From positions 672,001 through 736,000 of the forward strand of contig OY843768.1 of assembly GCA_963693095.2 (NCBI GenBank): 64,000 bases of DNA, in the 5' to 3' direction. The notes beneath the pieces were generated by a model. The model was not told the DNA's origin, did not search any database, and saw only the letters and a program-made list of their open reading frames with translations. Position numbers and translations under genes: made by a program. This document shows positions 51,110-60,913 of the stretch, piece by piece (position 1 is the stretch's first letter; the number at the start of each line of letters is the position of its first letter). The stretch comes from Cenarchaeum sp. GTDB lineage: Archaea > Thermoproteota > Nitrososphaeria > Nitrososphaerales > Nitrosopumilaceae.

Positions 51110-51342
51110 CCGAGGTTCACCTCCACCTCGATCATCGTCTCTGTCGAGACGATATCCTTGAGACGCTTGAACTCGATCACCGCAGAGTTGATCTCGTCGA
51201 TATTTCCCTGGAGGAACACGCACAGGTCTGCGCGCCCCGTCACGGGTATGATCTCCTTTGTGGCCTTGCGCCGCGCGCGCAGCCTCTTTGCAAGCGACTC
51301 TGTAGTGCCGGGCCTTGTCGTGATGAGACAGAGTGCCCTCAA
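51103..51342 (-). CDS. Stand-alone Lrp/AsnC ligand-binding (RAM) domain protein
   Basis: RALCLI...PG...VTGRADL...LKDIVSTETMI. Confidence 0.8.
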   Translation of the reverse strand: MRALCLITTRPGTTESLAKRLRARRKATKEIIPVTGRADLCVFLQGNIDEINSAVIEFKRLKDIVSTETMIEVEVNLGW

Positions 51343-51354
51343 GGCACAGACCCC

Positions 51355-51717
51355 CTAATCTGTGACATCCTGCGAACGTGCCTCCTCTAGGTATGCGCGC
51401 CTCTCGGCATCCTCCTTTTGCGGATCAAAGCGCAAGTTGTCATCCACAATCACAAAGTCAGAGCGCGGCTGCGCCTTTGGCTTGCGCACAACGCGCCTCT
51501 TTGGCGCGGCCCTCTTTTTGGTTGACGGCGCGCGCGTCCTCTTGGCCGGTGCCCTTGCCCTGGCCTTTGGCGCAGCGGGCGTCTTTTTGGCTGCGCCCTT
51601 TGGCGCTGGCGCCTTGCGCCGCGCCGGTGCCTTTGCCGGAGCTGCATCTCCACGAACCATCTTTCTGGCCGGCGGCTTTGATCGCCTTGGCCTCACACTT
51701 GCCCCCAACTGTGTCAT
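51355..51717 (-). CDS. Lys/Arg/Ala/Pro-rich basic protein with acidic C-terminal motif
   Basis: PAKAPARRKAPAPK-type repeats followed by IVDDNL...ERRAYLEEARSQD. Start could be 51660. Confidence 0.65.
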   Translation of the reverse strand: MTQLGASVRPRRSKPPARKMVRGDAAPAKAPARRKAPAPKGAAKKTPAAPKARARAPAKRTRAPSTKKRAAPKRRVVRKPKAQPRSDFVIVDDNLRFDPQKEDAERRAYLEEARSQDVTD

Positions 51718-51835
51718 TTGGCCGTCGGGTACAAAGTTTTAAGGATTTTGTCGTATGTGGCCTCTGTGAACTCCATCATATTTAAACTGGGCGCAACATT
51801 GGGTTTTATACAAGTGCGCCAAACGAGCCCGCAGA

Positions 51836-52318
51836 ATGGCAGATCGCCAGAGATACTGGAAGCTCGAGGCCTCCGAGGTCGAGGCGTTCACGTACAACGA
51901 GTCAAAGGTCCTCAACTGGGACATAAAGTGCATCATCGGCGACGAGGCCGAGGCCTCCCTCGTCGGGGTCTTTGCGTACCGGCACGGCACGCCCCTCGGG
52001 TATGACAAGATTCAGGGAGTCGCATACTATCACAACCACGCCGACGAAAAGACGCGCAAGTCCGTGACTGAGATGCTAAAGTCCATGTTTGGCGGGAGTC
52101 CCGAGGAGCACTCTGACCGCGTGCTCTTGCGCGATTCAGACGTGCCATACTCTGGGGCCGCCATTGGCGCGCTGGCGCGCGAGCTCGCAGCGTCACTTGA
52201 TGCGGCCGTCACGGTGACACTCGAGTTCGAGGGGCTCACGCAGGAGGAGCAGGATGCGGCAGGACTGCCACCCACAAAGCTCCTCCCCATTGTAAAGACC
52301 ACGTCTAGCGGTGCGTAG
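51836..52318 (+). CDS. Hypothetical protein
   Basis: 160-aa ORF directly upstream of tatC; TTTTATA upstream. Confidence 0.75.
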   Translation: MADRQRYWKLEASEVEAFTYNESKVLNWDIKCIIGDEAEASLVGVFAYRHGTPLGYDKIQGVAYYHNHADEKTRKSVTEMLKSMFGGSPEEHSDRVLLRDSDVPYSGAAIGALARELAASLDAAVTVTLEFEGLTQEEQDAAGLPPTKLLPIVKTTSSGA

Positions 52319-52323
52319 CGCAA

Positions 52324-53115
52324 ATGTCTGGCTCGGCGCAGATCAGGGCACACCTTGACGAGCTGCGCTCGCGCGTTCTGCGCATTGCCATAATAGTCGG
52401 CGCGATCACAATGTTTGTCATGGCGTTTCATGCCGAGCCTGCCGAACTCTGGGGACTGACCGTGTACTATCCGCTCCCTGATCCGCTTGACAACATTGCG
52501 GCCCAGATCACGGCGCATATGCGCCAGGATCTCGTGCCAGAGGACGTGCAGCTGATCCAGACGTCACCTGGCCAGGCATTCTTTGCGCAGGTGTATGTTG
52601 CCGCACTCGCCGCGCTCATAGTCGCAATGCCGGCTGTCGCGCGCGAATGTGTCGCGTTCTTGCGCCCCGCCCTCAGGGATCGCGAGATTCGCGTGGGCCG
52701 AACCATACTCTTTCCGGCCATTGCGCTCTTTGCCAGCGGGTGCGCAATGTCATATGTGCTTGTCATACCGTACATACTCGAATTCCTGTATCGTTATGGC
52801 GAGTCTGCCGGGCTAGTCACGTTCCTCAACGTGATCGACTTTGTGGTGTTTGTTCTCCAGTTCCTTCTTGCGTTTGGGTTTTCATTCCAGCTCCCGCTTG
52901 TCATGTATGCGATCAGCGCGTCTGGCGCCGTTAACTCGGGCTATTGGCTGCGCAACGCCCGATACGCCATAATCGCCATAGTCATATTTGGCGCGGCGAT
53001 AACTCCAGACGGCAGTGGCGTGACGATGTGGTTTATCGCAGCGCCCATGACCGCGCTCTACTTTGCCGGCGTTTGGGCGATCAGGCGCTCAGAGTCTCGC
53101 GCGAGGCGGGCCTAG
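52324..53115 (+). CDS. tatC: Twin-arginine translocase subunit TatC
   Basis: HLDELRSR, FLRPAL, FGFSFQLP and AAITPDGS. Confidence 0.93.
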   Translation: MSGSAQIRAHLDELRSRVLRIAIIVGAITMFVMAFHAEPAELWGLTVYYPLPDPLDNIAAQITAHMRQDLVPEDVQLIQTSPGQAFFAQVYVAALAALIVAMPAVARECVAFLRPALRDREIRVGRTILFPAIALFASGCAMSYVLVIPYILEFLYRYGESAGLVTFLNVIDFVVFVLQFLLAFGFSFQLPLVMYAISASGAVNSGYWLRNARYAIIAIVIFGAAITPDGSGVTMWFIAAPMTALYFAGVWAIRRSESRARRA

Positions 53116-54617
53116 GCGGGCCTGTGGCCGCCTACCGTGCGGCGCGCCACGGCCATTACCCCCTCAAAGTCGTCCTCGCCGGGGCTGTGGCGCGCAAACG
53201 AGACCAGGCCCGTGAGGCCGAGGCACTCGGCTATGCCAGGAACCTCATCGCCGCGCTCGCGAAGGTGCCGCAGTATCTCGGTGTTGGAGGCCTCCCTGTC
53301 AAGTCCGGTCGTGTGCGCGAGGCTCAGGCGAAGCGCCTGGCCGACCATGCCGTATGCGAGCTTGCGCCTGCCATCTGCATGTGCGCGCACGGCCTCCTCC
53401 AGCAGGCGTTCTGCCTCGAGGGCATAGTCCCTCCTCGCCGGCGGGCTCTGTTCGGGGGGTTCGGGCACGATGGCCCGCCGGCGGAGCAGGCGATATGCGG
53501 CGTATGCGGCAACGGCTGCTGCCGCTGACACGGCTGCCAGGAGCGCCCATGGCGTCTCCTCAGACGCCGACTCTCTCTCGAGGCGCACGTCACTCACCGT
53601 CGAGTTTGTGACCAGCGCGGTGATGCGCGCCTCGGGGGCCGTAGAGTTGGATGGTGGGGCAAATGTGACGCTTGCCTCCATGGCGCCCTCCTCCGTGCGC
53701 GTCACGTCTGCGGCATATTCTTCATAGCCCTCGCCTTCGAGCTGCGCGGCGAGCTCCTGGAACCCCGCGTCAGCACGGAGCGCCTCGAGTGCCTCGTCGA
53801 GCTCGGCCTGTGTGCGCGCCTCGATCTGCGTGACCTCGCCGTCCTCGAGCTCGCCATCAATGCTTGCCCACTCCCCCTCGGCGTTCTCGTACATGAACTC
53901 AAATGATCCCGACGACTCGCCAGACGCGCTGGCTGACTGTGATGACATGCTGTACCCCTGTGACGCGAGCTCCTCGTGGAGCTCGGCGAACTCTTCGCTC
54001 TCTAGCGCATCGCGCAGGAGGCCCTCCTGCTCGGCGGCATCCTGGCGTATCTGCTCGCGTATCTCCTCGCGCAGTGCGCTGCTGTCCTGGGCGAGCTGGC
54101 TGTTTTGGAGGCGCTGCTGGGCGTTCTGGCTCTGCGGTGACTGTTGCTGCTGCGGCTGCGTGTCCTGGGCCTCCTGTGATGTCGCGCTAGTCGGGTTTGG
54201 CACGTTCTGCTCCTCGGCATTCTCGGCCACAACGTGGACCGTGAGCGGATCAAGGTCGACGATCTTTGCGCCATCCTCAATATAGCTGAGCAAGAGGTCC
54301 ACGCTCATTGTGGCCGGTGCGGCATGCGCTCCCAGGTCAATGTCAATTGATGACTCGCCGGGCGCTATGCTCACGTTGTTGGAGTTTGATGATGAGAGCT
54401 GCACTCCCCCGCTGTTGCGCTCAAGGACAGACACGATCGTTCCCTGCACGTTGACTGCGTGCGTGTTGTTGACCATGACCTGGAGGCGAACCGGCTCGTT
54501 GACCAAAAAGTAGTACTCGCTCTGCTCGGCAGACAGCGTGATCTCTTGCGCGATGGCCGGCGCGAGTGGCACGGCTGCCAGCATGGCAAGCGCTGAGGCA
54601 ACGGCCACGCGCATCAC
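53112..54617 (-). CDS. Secreted/membrane-anchored hypothetical protein in the MoxR operon
   Basis: Signal peptide, Gln-rich linker, C-terminal TM and helical tail. Confidence 0.75.
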   Translation of the reverse strand: MMRVAVASALAMLAAVPLAPAIAQEITLSAEQSEYYFLVNEPVRLQVMVNNTHAVNVQGTIVSVLERNSGGVQLSSSNSNNVSIAPGESSIDIDLGAHAAPATMSVDLLLSYIEDGAKIVDLDPLTVHVVAENAEEQNVPNPTSATSQEAQDTQPQQQQSPQSQNAQQRLQNSQLAQDSSALREEIREQIRQDAAEQEGLLRDALESEEFAELHEELASQGYSMSSQSASASGESSGSFEFMYENAEGEWASIDGELEDGEVTQIEARTQAELDEALEALRADAGFQELAAQLEGEGYEEYAADVTRTEEGAMEASVTFAPPSNSTAPEARITALVTNSTVSDVRLERESASEETPWALLAAVSAAAAVAAYAAYRLLRRRAIVPEPPEQSPPARRDYALEAERLLEEAVRAHADGRRKLAYGMVGQALRLSLAHTTGLDREASNTEILRHLRERGDEVPGIAECLGLTGLVSFARHSPGEDDFEGVMAVARRTVGGHRPA

Positions 54618-55561
54618 TGTATTATCCGCCCCCTACCATACCTCATGTACAGCTGTGCCGCAAAGGCGGCAAGTGCGGCCGCAAAGAACCATTCACGTAT
54701 GTCCGTCTCCTGCTCCTCGCGCTCGATAACGTCGCCTATTCCGCGGTAAATGTCATCTAGCGTCTCGGCATTGACGGACTTGAAGTATTCGCCGCCCGTC
54801 TGCGTCGCTATTGCGCGAAGCGTCGCCTCGTCGAGCTCGGCATACTGGGGGCGCCCAAAGGCGTCATACCCGAGCACAACGCGGCTCTCTGAGCCCATGC
54901 CGACCGTGTGGACCTGTATGCCGCTAGATGACGCAAACGCGATGGCCTCAGCCGGCGTGATGACACCCGAGTTGCTCACGCCGTCACTTAGGAGTATGAC
55001 GACCTTTTTCTTGTTGGGGACCGATGTCGCCATGTCGATTCCAAGGCTCAGCCCGTCACCTATGGCGGTCCGGCCCTCCGAGACGCGTATGGCCCCAAGC
55101 TTTGTCGAGACGCGATCCTTGTAGGGGCTCAAATATGCCGCAGTCGTGGCACCGCTCTCAAATGTCACAATCCCGACATTGTCGTTCTCCTCAAGGGACT
55201 CGACTAGCGTGCTGGCTGCGCGCTTGGCGGCCTCTAGGCGGTTGGGCGGATAGTCAGTGGCCGCCATGCTGCCCGATATGTCGATGACGAGGACCACGTT
55301 GACGCCCTCCTCGGCCTGCTCGAGCGGTATGTGCGGGCCGGCAAACCCAACTATCATCAGCGCGATGGCCGCCGTCGAGACGTAAAACAGTGCGGCATCG
55401 CGAGTGCGCCTGCCCGTCTTTATGGCGGACTTTAGGTATGATATCCTGCTAAACTGGATTGCGGCGCGCCGGCGGCGCGAGAGGACCATGCTATACATTG
55501 CATAGAGGGCCGGCACGCACGCCAGGAACAGGAGAATGTACGGGCTGTCAAATCCGGCCAT
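54614..55561 (-). CDS. VWA domain protein (BatA-like)
   Basis: N-terminal TMs, MIDAS DISGSM, PNRLEAAK, TAIGDGL and LLSDG. Confidence 0.9.
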   Translation of the reverse strand: MAGFDSPYILLFLACVPALYAMYSMVLSRRRRAAIQFSRISYLKSAIKTGRRTRDAALFYVSTAAIALMIVGFAGPHIPLEQAEEGVNVVLVIDISGSMAATDYPPNRLEAAKRAASTLVESLEENDNVGIVTFESGATTAAYLSPYKDRVSTKLGAIRVSEGRTAIGDGLSLGIDMATSVPNKKKVVILLSDGVSNSGVITPAEAIAFASSSGIQVHTVGMGSESRVVLGYDAFGRPQYAELDEATLRAIATQTGGEYFKSVNAETLDDIYRGIGDVIEREEQETDIREWFFAAALAAFAAQLYMRYGRGRIIQ

Positions 55562-55563
55562 CG

Positions 55564-56445
55564 CTAGTGCCTCCGCCTCCGTCTCGTCTGAAAAAAGCGC
55601 AAGAGGCGCGCGGCATACTCGCCGTCGGTGCCAATGTCGATGCGATCCACGCGGCACCGTGCCATCGTCGCCGCAAGTGCCGCATCCCCGCGCTCCACGA
55701 GTCTTGCATACTCGGCGCGAAACTCCTCATCAGACGTGTTGACGAGGACCTGCTCGCCAGTCTCGCTGTCCTCGAGCTCTATGAGGCCAACGTCAGGCAT
55801 GTTGCGCTCGCGCTCGTCTGTCACGCGGACAACTGCAATGTCATGCCTTCGCGCAAGGTGCCGCAGCGGCTTTGCATAGTCGCCGTCATCCATCATGTCA
55901 GATACGACAATGATGACGCTGCGCCTCTTTACTATTCCAGCCATGGACTCGATGCACGCGCGCAGGTCAGTCGCGCGCGAGGCGGCCTCGTGCGAGACCA
56001 TCTTTAGGAGGGCCTGCATGACGTGGCGCCTCCCGCGCCTTGCGGGCACAAACATCTCGATATGGTCGCTCACGAGAAACATCCCCGCCCTGTCATTGGA
56101 CTGCTGTGCGGCAAACATTAGCGCGGCGGCCACCTCTACTGCCCTGTCACGCTTGGCGAGACTGCCCCCAAACGAGCCAGATGCTGACACGTCGACTACG
56201 ACATAGACCTGCAGGTCACGCTCCTCAATGTACTCTTTTACGTACGGCCTGTTAAAGCGCGCAGTGACATTCCAGTCTATCGTCCGCACGTCATCGCCAT
56301 GGCGATACTCGCGTATCTCGCTAAACGCGATGCCGCGCCCGCGAAAGACCGAGTCATGCCCCCCTGACACAAGGCCCTCGACGAGCTGCCTCGTCGTTAT
56401 CTCAAGGCCCCTAACGCGCCTCAGGGCGGTGACTGTCTGTGGCAT
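55564..56445 (-). CDS. DUF58 domain protein
   Basis: FSEIREYRHGDDVRTIDWNVTAR and VKEYIEER...DVSAS. Confidence 0.92.
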   Translation of the reverse strand: MPQTVTALRRVRGLEITTRQLVEGLVSGGHDSVFRGRGIAFSEIREYRHGDDVRTIDWNVTARFNRPYVKEYIEERDLQVYVVVDVSASGSFGGSLAKRDRAVEVAAALMFAAQQSNDRAGMFLVSDHIEMFVPARRGRRHVMQALLKMVSHEAASRATDLRACIESMAGIVKRRSVIIVVSDMMDDGDYAKPLRHLARRHDIAVVRVTDERERNMPDVGLIELEDSETGEQVLVNTSDEEFRAEYARLVERGDAALAATMARCRVDRIDIGTDGEYAARLLRFFQTRRRRRH

Positions 56446-56477
56446 CTTTGCATCACCGCGGCGATGTCCGGCCCATC

Positions 56478-57479
56478 CTAGGGCACCCTTACGCCGTCAA
56501 GTATGTTTGTTATCACGCCATCATTCGTGTCGCCGTCGGCCTCGGCCTCGTAAGTCAAGAGTATCCTGTGGCGCAGGACGTCAGGCGCTATGCGGCGCAC
56601 GTCCTCGGGCATGACATAGCCGCGCGAGTCCATCATCGCCACGGCCTTGGCACCGAGCATGAGCCAGATCGACGCGCGCGGCGAGGCGCCATACTCGGTG
56701 CGCACCGACGCAGGATCCAGCCCGTGCGCCACGGGGTTTCGCGTGGCATCGACAATGTCGGCGACATACCCGCGCACGGACTCATCAGCATACACGCCAG
56801 GGACGAACTCTTGCATGCGAACCATCGAGTCCGTGTCGATGACGCCAGATGCCACGCGCGGCTCGCCCTCTGTAAACCTGCGGATGATCTCGGATTCCTC
56901 ATTGCGCGAGGGATACGTCATCACGAGCTTTACCATAAACCTGTCGACCTGGGCCTCTGGCAGGCGGTACGTTCCCTCGGACTCGATGGGGTTCTGCGTG
57001 GCCATGACAAAGAACGGCTTTTTGAGCTCATGCGTCTCGCCCTGGATGCTGACCTGGCCCTCCTGCATGGCCTCAAGAAGCGCGGACTGGACCTTTGGCG
57101 GGGCGCGGTTTATCTCGTCGGCGAGCACAAAGTTTGAAAAGACCGGCCCCTTTACGGTCTTGAACTCGGATGTTGCGTGCTCGTATATCTTTGTGCCAGT
57201 AATGTCAGCCGGCAGGAGATCCGGCGTGAACTGGATCCTCACAAAGTCTGACTGGACACAGTCTGCCATTGTCTTTACGAGAAGCGTCTTTGCGAGTCCG
57301 GGCATGCCCTCAAGGAGCGCATGGCCGCGCGCGATTGCGGCGATTACGAGCTTGTCAATAATGTCGTCCTGCCCGACGATGACTGTGCGTATCTCCTTTC
57401 GCAGTGTGTCGGCAGTCTCGGCGAGGCCTGCTGCCTGCTCTGTCAGTGCCGCAACCCTCTCGTCCACCGCACTCATCAC
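56478..57479 (-). CDS. moxR: MoxR-family AAA+ ATPase
   Basis: GMPGLAKT, RIQFTPDLLPADI, DEINRAPPKVQSALLEAM and GASPRA. Confidence 0.95.
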   Translation of the reverse strand: MMSAVDERVAALTEQAAGLAETADTLRKEIRTVIVGQDDIIDKLVIAAIARGHALLEGMPGLAKTLLVKTMADCVQSDFVRIQFTPDLLPADITGTKIYEHATSEFKTVKGPVFSNFVLADEINRAPPKVQSALLEAMQEGQVSIQGETHELKKPFFVMATQNPIESEGTYRLPEAQVDRFMVKLVMTYPSRNEESEIIRRFTEGEPRVASGVIDTDSMVRMQEFVPGVYADESVRGYVADIVDATRNPVAHGLDPASVRTEYGASPRASIWLMLGAKAVAMMDSRGYVMPEDVRRIAPDVLRHRILLTYEAEADGDTNDGVITNILDGVRVP

Positions 57480-57991
57480 CCCGAGACAGGGGGCGCGCCC
57501 CTTGAGTCCTGCGCGTGCTCCCTAAAGCACTCCATGGCAGCGTCTGCGTCGATCGAGCCCAGGCCATTGAGGCCCGAGACGCCATCAAGGCAAGCCCTTA
57601 GCTCCAGGTCAGCCGATGCCAGGTCCCAGCCGAGATCGCTCCCGAGCGGCACGAGCGCAGACAGCGTGACTATTGCCAGTATGACAGACTTGATTACGGT
57701 GAGCATGATTCCGATATACAGGCAGTCCCTGGCCATTCGTGGCGAGTCAAGGCGCAGCGCATAGTAGGCTAGCGCGCCGCCGATGATGTCAAAAAAGACG
57801 GGGAGCGCAAACCAGACCCACGAGCGGCGCCGTGGCTCCGTGGCCGCAAGCCCAAACCTGCGCGCAAACGGGGGGATGACCGGATTCTGCGGCGGCACCG
57901 TGTCGCCCCCTGTGGGCGGTGCTTCGCCGTCGATGCCCGAGGCCCAGTCCGAGCCATGCTGGTCTTTGGTGGCCATGCGCAAATCTGCCAC
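57476..57991 (-). CDS. Membrane protein with WW/LP-GG-AY motif (paralog of the two 64-aa genes)
   Basis: SWVWFALPVFFDIIGGALAYYALRLDSPRMARDCLYIGI. Confidence 0.65.
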   Translation of the reverse strand: MADLRMATKDQHGSDWASGIDGEAPPTGGDTVPPQNPVIPPFARRFGLAATEPRRRSWVWFALPVFFDIIGGALAYYALRLDSPRMARDCLYIGIMLTVIKSVILAIVTLSALVPLGSDLGWDLASADLELRACLDGVSGLNGLGSIDADAAMECFREHAQDSRGAPPVSG

Positions 57992-58051
57992 CGGCGTTCC
58001 TAATATACCTATTTTCGGCCGTGCGGACGGGCAACAGATGCGGCAGAGCCG

Positions 58052-58246
58052 TCACGGGAGGGTTGCCAATGGCCAGATCACCCACATCACAACGGTGAGC
58101 ACCAGTCCCAGGACTATCGAGTTTTTCGCCTTTGGCGGATCGTCGCGCCACAGGGAAAAGTAGGCGATCACGCCACCGAACACCCCGAGCAGGACTGGGA
58201 GGAAGTACCACCACACAGAACAATGTGTGGAAAGGCCGCGGCTCAT
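58052..58246 (-). CDS. 64-aa two-TM membrane protein, copy A
   Basis: SVWWYFLPVLLGVFGGVIAYFSLWRDDPPKAKNSIVLG; homologous to 62697-62891. Confidence 0.7.
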   Translation of the reverse strand: MSRGLSTHCSVWWYFLPVLLGVFGGVIAYFSLWRDDPPKAKNSIVLGLVLTVVMWVIWPLATLP

Positions 58247-58443
58247 GCCAAAGCATCTTGACGCATGAGTGCCACAGTTGTTAATGTGCCTGACGGGGCG
58301 GCCGGCTAGGTGGAGGCTGAGGATTCTGCCGTTCTGCTTGCCCCGGTGCCGCCTGCCTGAGCATGAGCGAGCAGGGACGCTGGTCTCACACAGCCAGTGG
58401 CCACGACACATTTTAAAAGAGCACCCATCTTGCGTGGCGCATC

Positions 58444-59001
58444 ATGCAAAAGCCCAAAGTGTTGACAGATGACAGTCAGATTCCAGCTGATGCCATGGGC
58501 GTTGTGGGCTATGGCTTGCCAAGCAGGGAGGCAAGACGCGAGAGGCGCATTATCATGCTTGACCAGTTTATTGCATTCCTGGACGACAACTCCCTCCTGC
58601 ACAAGTCAGAGATTGGCCTTGATGCCACAGGGTTTGAAACGCGTGATCGTCTCCAGCACCTGGCCTTTCTGGCCCAAAATATCTTTGGACTAGAGTTTGG
58701 GTATGGTTTTCCCCAATACATGCATGGCCCATACGACGTCCACCTTGCTATGGACTATTTCCACTTGGCCACCAACAAGAACGACAAAACGAATGATGGA
58801 CTGAGGTTTAGCCGTAAAGACGAATTTTTAAATTTAGTTCAAAACAGAGACATGTCATGGCTTCGACTCGCCGTCTCTATGATTCGCATATACCCTACAG
58901 GTCCCCAACCCCTAATAGACGTGACTGAGGCTGTCACTGAATTCCCGCGTGATAAGATTGAGAGTGTATACGGAGACATCCGTAATTATCTGGAGCCATA
59001 G
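58444..59001 (+). CDS. YwgA/DUF4065 (Panacea/SocA)-like protein
   Basis: RDRLQHLAFLAQ..FG.EFGYGF..YMHGPY resembles the LQK..YL...GPY signature. AT-rich. Confidence 0.55.
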   Translation: MQKPKVLTDDSQIPADAMGVVGYGLPSREARRERRIIMLDQFIAFLDDNSLLHKSEIGLDATGFETRDRLQHLAFLAQNIFGLEFGYGFPQYMHGPYDVHLAMDYFHLATNKNDKTNDGLRFSRKDEFLNLVQNRDMSWLRLAVSMIRIYPTGPQPLIDVTEAVTEFPRDKIESVYGDIRNYLEP

Positions 59002-59046
59002 TGGGGGACTTGATCGGCAATGTCTCCGCAAACCCTGCTTAACCTA

Positions 59047-60151
59047 TACTCACGAGCTAAAGTTCGTATAGATGATCAAGTTTCCCCGACCCCGCAGCTA
59101 TATTGATCGCCCCCTCCCGCGCCAGGGCATGGACGACCGGAAGCGGGAGGAGCTGAGGGACGCGCACCACAGCGAGAAGAGCGGGCACGTGAGGGACAGG
59201 ATGCTCGCCGTGCACTGCGTGGTCAACATGGGCATGACGCACGAGGACACGGCGGACACGCTGATGCGGTGCCCGGGGTGGGTCGGCAAGTGGGTTGCGC
59301 GGTACCGGGAGGGCGGGCTTCCCGCCCTCCGCGACCTCCCGCGCTCCGGGAGGCCGCTGGCCGTGCCGCGAACGGCGCTCGACGGGATCCTCGCCGACGC
59401 GTCGGGATCCCCCACGACCCCGGCCGCGGTTCGCGACAGGATCGCCGGGGCGGCGGGGACACTGTTCCACATAGCCAGCGTGAGGAGGCTCATGCGCGAG
59501 TTCGGCCTCTCGCGCAAGAGGCCGCGAAAGGCCCACGTCAACAGGGCGAGCGCGTCCGCCGTCCGCAGCTGGCAGCGGCGCCTTGCGGGGGCGGCGCCAC
59601 GCCTGGCGCGCGCGGGATACACGATGCTGGTGCAGGACGAGTCGATCATCGTGAACGACGCCGGGGGCATGGCGACGCACTGGACGCCGCGCACGGTGCC
59701 CGTCTACGAGCCGTACACCGGGAGCCACGAGCGGATCGTCGTGTACGGGGCGATCGCCGAGGACGGGCGGCAGGCGTTCCGGACGCGCGACAAGTTCAAC
59801 GCGGACACGTTCGCGCAGTACCTTGCGGAGCTGCACGGGAAGTTCGGCAAGATCGCCGTCATCGTCGACAGGGCTCCCCAGCACCGCGCGGGGGCGGTCA
59901 AGGACCTGCTGCGCGCCAACGGCGAGATCAAGCTCATCGAGCTGCCGGTGGGATCCCCGCAGCTAAGCGCCATCGAGGGGACGTGGCGCATACTCAAGAG
60001 GGACGTCAGGGTCCCGGGGCAACCACGAACCCTGGACGAGCTGAGGATCGCGGTCGGCGAGTACCTCAGGACCAAGCGGTTCAACCTGAACATCTACGCA
60101 TACCTGAACAGGAAGGTCGTGGAAGGTCACACGAACTTTAGCTCGTGAGTA
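59047..60151 (+). mobile_element. IS630-family insertion sequence, intact
   Basis: Perfect 21-bp TIRs TACTCACGAGCTAAAGTTCGT (59047-59067 and 60131-60151) flanked by TA at 59045-59046 and 60152-60153. Very GC-rich interior. Confidence 0.95.
59072..60148 (+). CDS. IS630 DDE transposase (single ORF)
   Basis: HTH WVARYREGG..AL.D.PRSGRP; catalytic QDES, VDRAPQH and PQLSAIEGTW. Confidence 0.93.
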   Translation: MIKFPRPRSYIDRPLPRQGMDDRKREELRDAHHSEKSGHVRDRMLAVHCVVNMGMTHEDTADTLMRCPGWVGKWVARYREGGLPALRDLPRSGRPLAVPRTALDGILADASGSPTTPAAVRDRIAGAAGTLFHIASVRRLMREFGLSRKRPRKAHVNRASASAVRSWQRRLAGAAPRLARAGYTMLVQDESIIVNDAGGMATHWTPRTVPVYEPYTGSHERIVVYGAIAEDGRQAFRTRDKFNADTFAQYLAELHGKFGKIAVIVDRAPQHRAGAVKDLLRANGEIKLIELPVGSPQLSAIEGTWRILKRDVRVPGQPRTLDELRIAVGEYLRTKRFNLNIYAYLNRKVVEGHTNFSS

Positions 60152-60183
60152 TATCTTTTTGGATCGTGCCAGGCTCGTTCACC

Positions 60184-60714
60184 ATGATAGACTGGGTAAC
60201 CATTTTCTCACTAGTAGTTGGGGTTGGGGTGATGCTCATTGGGATCATGATTGGGCATGACAGAGCCATGTCTCACAAAGAGTCCAAGAAACACATGGTC
60301 AATGCATTGGCAAAACTCCTGAACATGGTGCAAAAGATGGACATGGTGAAGCCGGAGCATTTTATAAAACACTGTGATCTCTGCGCCAAGTCACTTCGTG
60401 ACACACGATACACTTTTGCGTCCTATCTTCATGTGTACAATAATGACATGCACAACATACAATACCTAATAGACTACCAAAACATCCGTGAAGACGATGA
60501 TTCTGATCTCATGACATCACCTGAAATTACGAGATTTGTCCGCATAGTCTATGCTGAACTGAAACATGTGACTGAACGGCTACAAGATGATGCTAACCGA
60601 CCGGCAGACAAGGTTGATAAAATGTGCATGGCTTTGTCCAGTTTTAGACTGTGTGTGTCCAGCGCACTTGTCCGACTAGGAGTTCGTGCGCTCATGTTCG
60701 TGCGCAGGCGATAG
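60184..60714 (+). CDS. Hypothetical protein with N-terminal TM helix
   Basis: MIDWVTIFSLVVGVGVMLIGIMIG; AT-rich. Confidence 0.6.
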   Translation: MIDWVTIFSLVVGVGVMLIGIMIGHDRAMSHKESKKHMVNALAKLLNMVQKMDMVKPEHFIKHCDLCAKSLRDTRYTFASYLHVYNNDMHNIQYLIDYQNIREDDDSDLMTSPEITRFVRIVYAELKHVTERLQDDANRPADKVDKMCMALSSFRLCVSSALVRLGVRALMFVRRR

Positions 60715-60913
60715 CGCACTGCATTGACCATCATTTCTTTGCGAGCCGTGTTCTGCGAATCGGTGCACGTCGACACGCGCACACGTGTTAGAGTACGCAG
60801 TGCATTTACATGCTTTGAATTCTTTTGTTGTCACATGATTGCGTGCTGCTTGACATGGCGTTCTACTATGGGTGATTTTGGTGCGGCGTTTTGTCCTAGA
60901 CTGTTACTCTGGG

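Noticed and set aside
59057-60141. Long alternative-frame and antisense ORFs in IS630
   Set aside because: Shadow ORFs from very high GC content; the transposase is complete in one frame with no frameshift needed.
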